The notes under the pieces: generated by a model
Seen by the model: the letters and a program-made list of their open reading frames with translations, nothing else
The model's database searches: none
What the model was told of the DNA's origin: nothing
Program-made: the position numbers and the translations under genes
Shown here: in pieces, positions 62,662 to 64,000 of the stretch
Numbering within the stretch: the stretch's first letter is position 1
Layout: each line of letters opens with the position of its first letter
Assembly: GCA_965242865.1 (NCBI GenBank)
Contig: CBDETK010000013.1
Coordinates: 2,944,001-3,008,000 of the forward strand
Direction of reading: 5' to 3'
DNA length: 64,000 bases
From: Candidatus Latescibacterota bacterium
GTDB lineage: Bacteria > Latescibacterota > UBA2968 > UBA8231

Positions 62662-63492
62662 ATGATTTTGCTGTTGTGTGCATTGCTGGCCGGCGCGGCG
62701 AGCGCGGGCGCCGACGTGTATTTTGAAGAAGAGGTCGTCAATCGCGGCTTTGGCAAAGACAAGGTTGGAGCGCGCAAGACGACCAACAAAATTTACATCA
62801 AGGGGCCGAGCCAGCGGGTCGAGCAGCGGATTGAGGCCGACGCGAGAACGGCAAAGGTCCTCCGGCAGCAGGGCCAACCCCTCAACAAATGCACCATTTT
62901 GCGGCTGGACCAAGTGCAGGTGTACGAAATTGACCTAACGGCGCAGACCTTTGTCCAGCAGAAAGCTCCGCCGGCGCGCAAGGCCGCGGCCAAGCCGAAA
63001 GCCGCCCCGGGCGGGCCACAAGTGGCCCTGGCGGTCAAGGTGCCGGGGGACGCCCAGCGCATCGCTGGAATTTCCTGCCAGCGAGTCGTCGCGCAGATGC
63101 GCGCCCGCTATCTCGACCCCAAGACCCAAAAGCTCCGCCGCGAAAACCGCTACACGTACGACGCCTGCATTGCCAAGCAATTCCCCGGCTCTCAGGAGAT
63201 TGCGGCCTTTGCGGCCTTGCAGGACGCTCGCACATCCTATCCGTCGCTAATCGGCGGCGGCTTGGAAGGGCTGGAAGACCACCAAGCACTGAGCGACCAG
63301 CTAACGAACGCCGAGGAACTCAAAGGCTTTGCGCTGCGCTCAACCTTGACGGCCGCCGTCAAACTGCCCGGCAAAGACAAGTCCAGCCAAGTGTTCCGCT
63401 TAGACCGCACGATCAAGACCATGGCGTACGCGCCGTTGCCCGACTCGCTCTTCCAAGTGTCCAAGGCTCTGACTCGCCTCAAATCCAAATGA
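62662..63492 (+). CDS. Secreted hypothetical protein
   Basis: AGGAGG RBS, signal peptide, C-terminal PDSLFQV. Confidence 0.7.
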   Translation: MILLLCALLAGAASAGADVYFEEEVVNRGFGKDKVGARKTTNKIYIKGPSQRVEQRIEADARTAKVLRQQGQPLNKCTILRLDQVQVYEIDLTAQTFVQQKAPPARKAAAKPKAAPGGPQVALAVKVPGDAQRIAGISCQRVVAQMRARYLDPKTQKLRRENRYTYDACIAKQFPGSQEIAAFAALQDARTSYPSLIGGGLEGLEDHQALSDQLTNAEELKGFALRSTLTAAVKLPGKDKSSQVFRLDRTIKTMAYAPLPDSLFQVSKALTRLKSK

Positions 63493-64000
63493 AGAGGAAG
63501 CTGTTCGGGGCGGCGGCCGTTTTAGTCCTCGGCCTCGTCGCGCTCACGCCTTTAGGGCCGGCCGCGCTCGCCCACCTGCTGGAGCGCGGAGTGGGGGGAT
63601 GGCAGGTCGCCATCGGCGGTCGCGGAGGAGGCTTGCTCTACGGGTTTTCCTTTTCCGACTTGCAATGTCAAAATCCCGCGCTGGGGGTGGCGGTCGAGGT
63701 CGAGCATCTCGCCGTGCGGCCGTGGTCTTGGGCGGTCGAAATGCAGGCACCCAAGGTGCGGATTGAGCCAAGTGCCCGTGGGACCGCGGCGGCCGATATC
63801 GAGCTGCCCCTCGCCTTCCTCCCCAACCTCAGCGCGACCGCCGGGACGCTCGATTGGCAGTTGGGAGAAACGCGGATCGGGGTGCGTGACTGGCGCGGCG
63901 CGTATCGCTCAGTGGCCGACACCTCGGCGCACTTGGAGTTGACCTTGTCCGAATGGCAAGGAGTGCCGCTGCGCTCGCTAACGCTGGACCTCGCGCTCAG
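63489..64000 (+). CDS. Hypothetical membrane-anchored protein, possibly TamB/AsmA-like (3' partial)
   Basis: ATGA overlap with the upstream stop; MKRKLFGAAAVLVLGLVALTP TM segment; frame open to the window end. Confidence 0.55.
   Translation, partial: MKRKLFGAAAVLVLGLVALTPLGPAALAHLLERGVGGWQVAIGGRGGGLLYGFSFSDLQCQNPALGVAVEVEHLAVRPWSWAVEMQAPKVRIEPSARGTAAADIELPLAFLPNLSATAGTLDWQLGETRIGVRDWRGAYRSVADTSAHLELTLSEWQGVPLRSLTLDLAL

Overview
GC-rich bacterial chromosome window that is mostly housekeeping and metabolic. Genes include selA, lptF/G, a 2,122-aa SprA-like T9SS translocon, comEA, pilM/N-like genes, coaD, dprA, nfuA, a hybrid two-component system, polA, metG, coxDE/xdhC-like genes, moaA, folC, ltaE and queC/E. 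SprA, a T9SS/FlgD-type C-terminal domain and three PhyH dioxygenases suggest an FCB-group organism such as Latescibacterota (inference). Short lower-GC accessory patches sit mainly between convergent genes. Most notable: (1) a stand-alone ~285-nt promoter-to-terminator RNA (minus strand, ~35759-36043) with a 16-nt complement to the conserved 16S rRNA 3' end, a 12-codon micro-ORF and three hairpins; (2) nuclease/TA cargo 'stacked' between duplicated pieces of flanking housekeeping genes at two loci, with no integrase nearby; (3) sprA apparently co-transcribed with competence genes; (4) a FolC-ATP-grasp fusion; (5) nested and dispersed MITE/REP elements, including an empty-site copy. No rRNA, tRNA, CRISPR array or intact transposase was recognised. 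All family calls come from reading motifs; no database searches were run.
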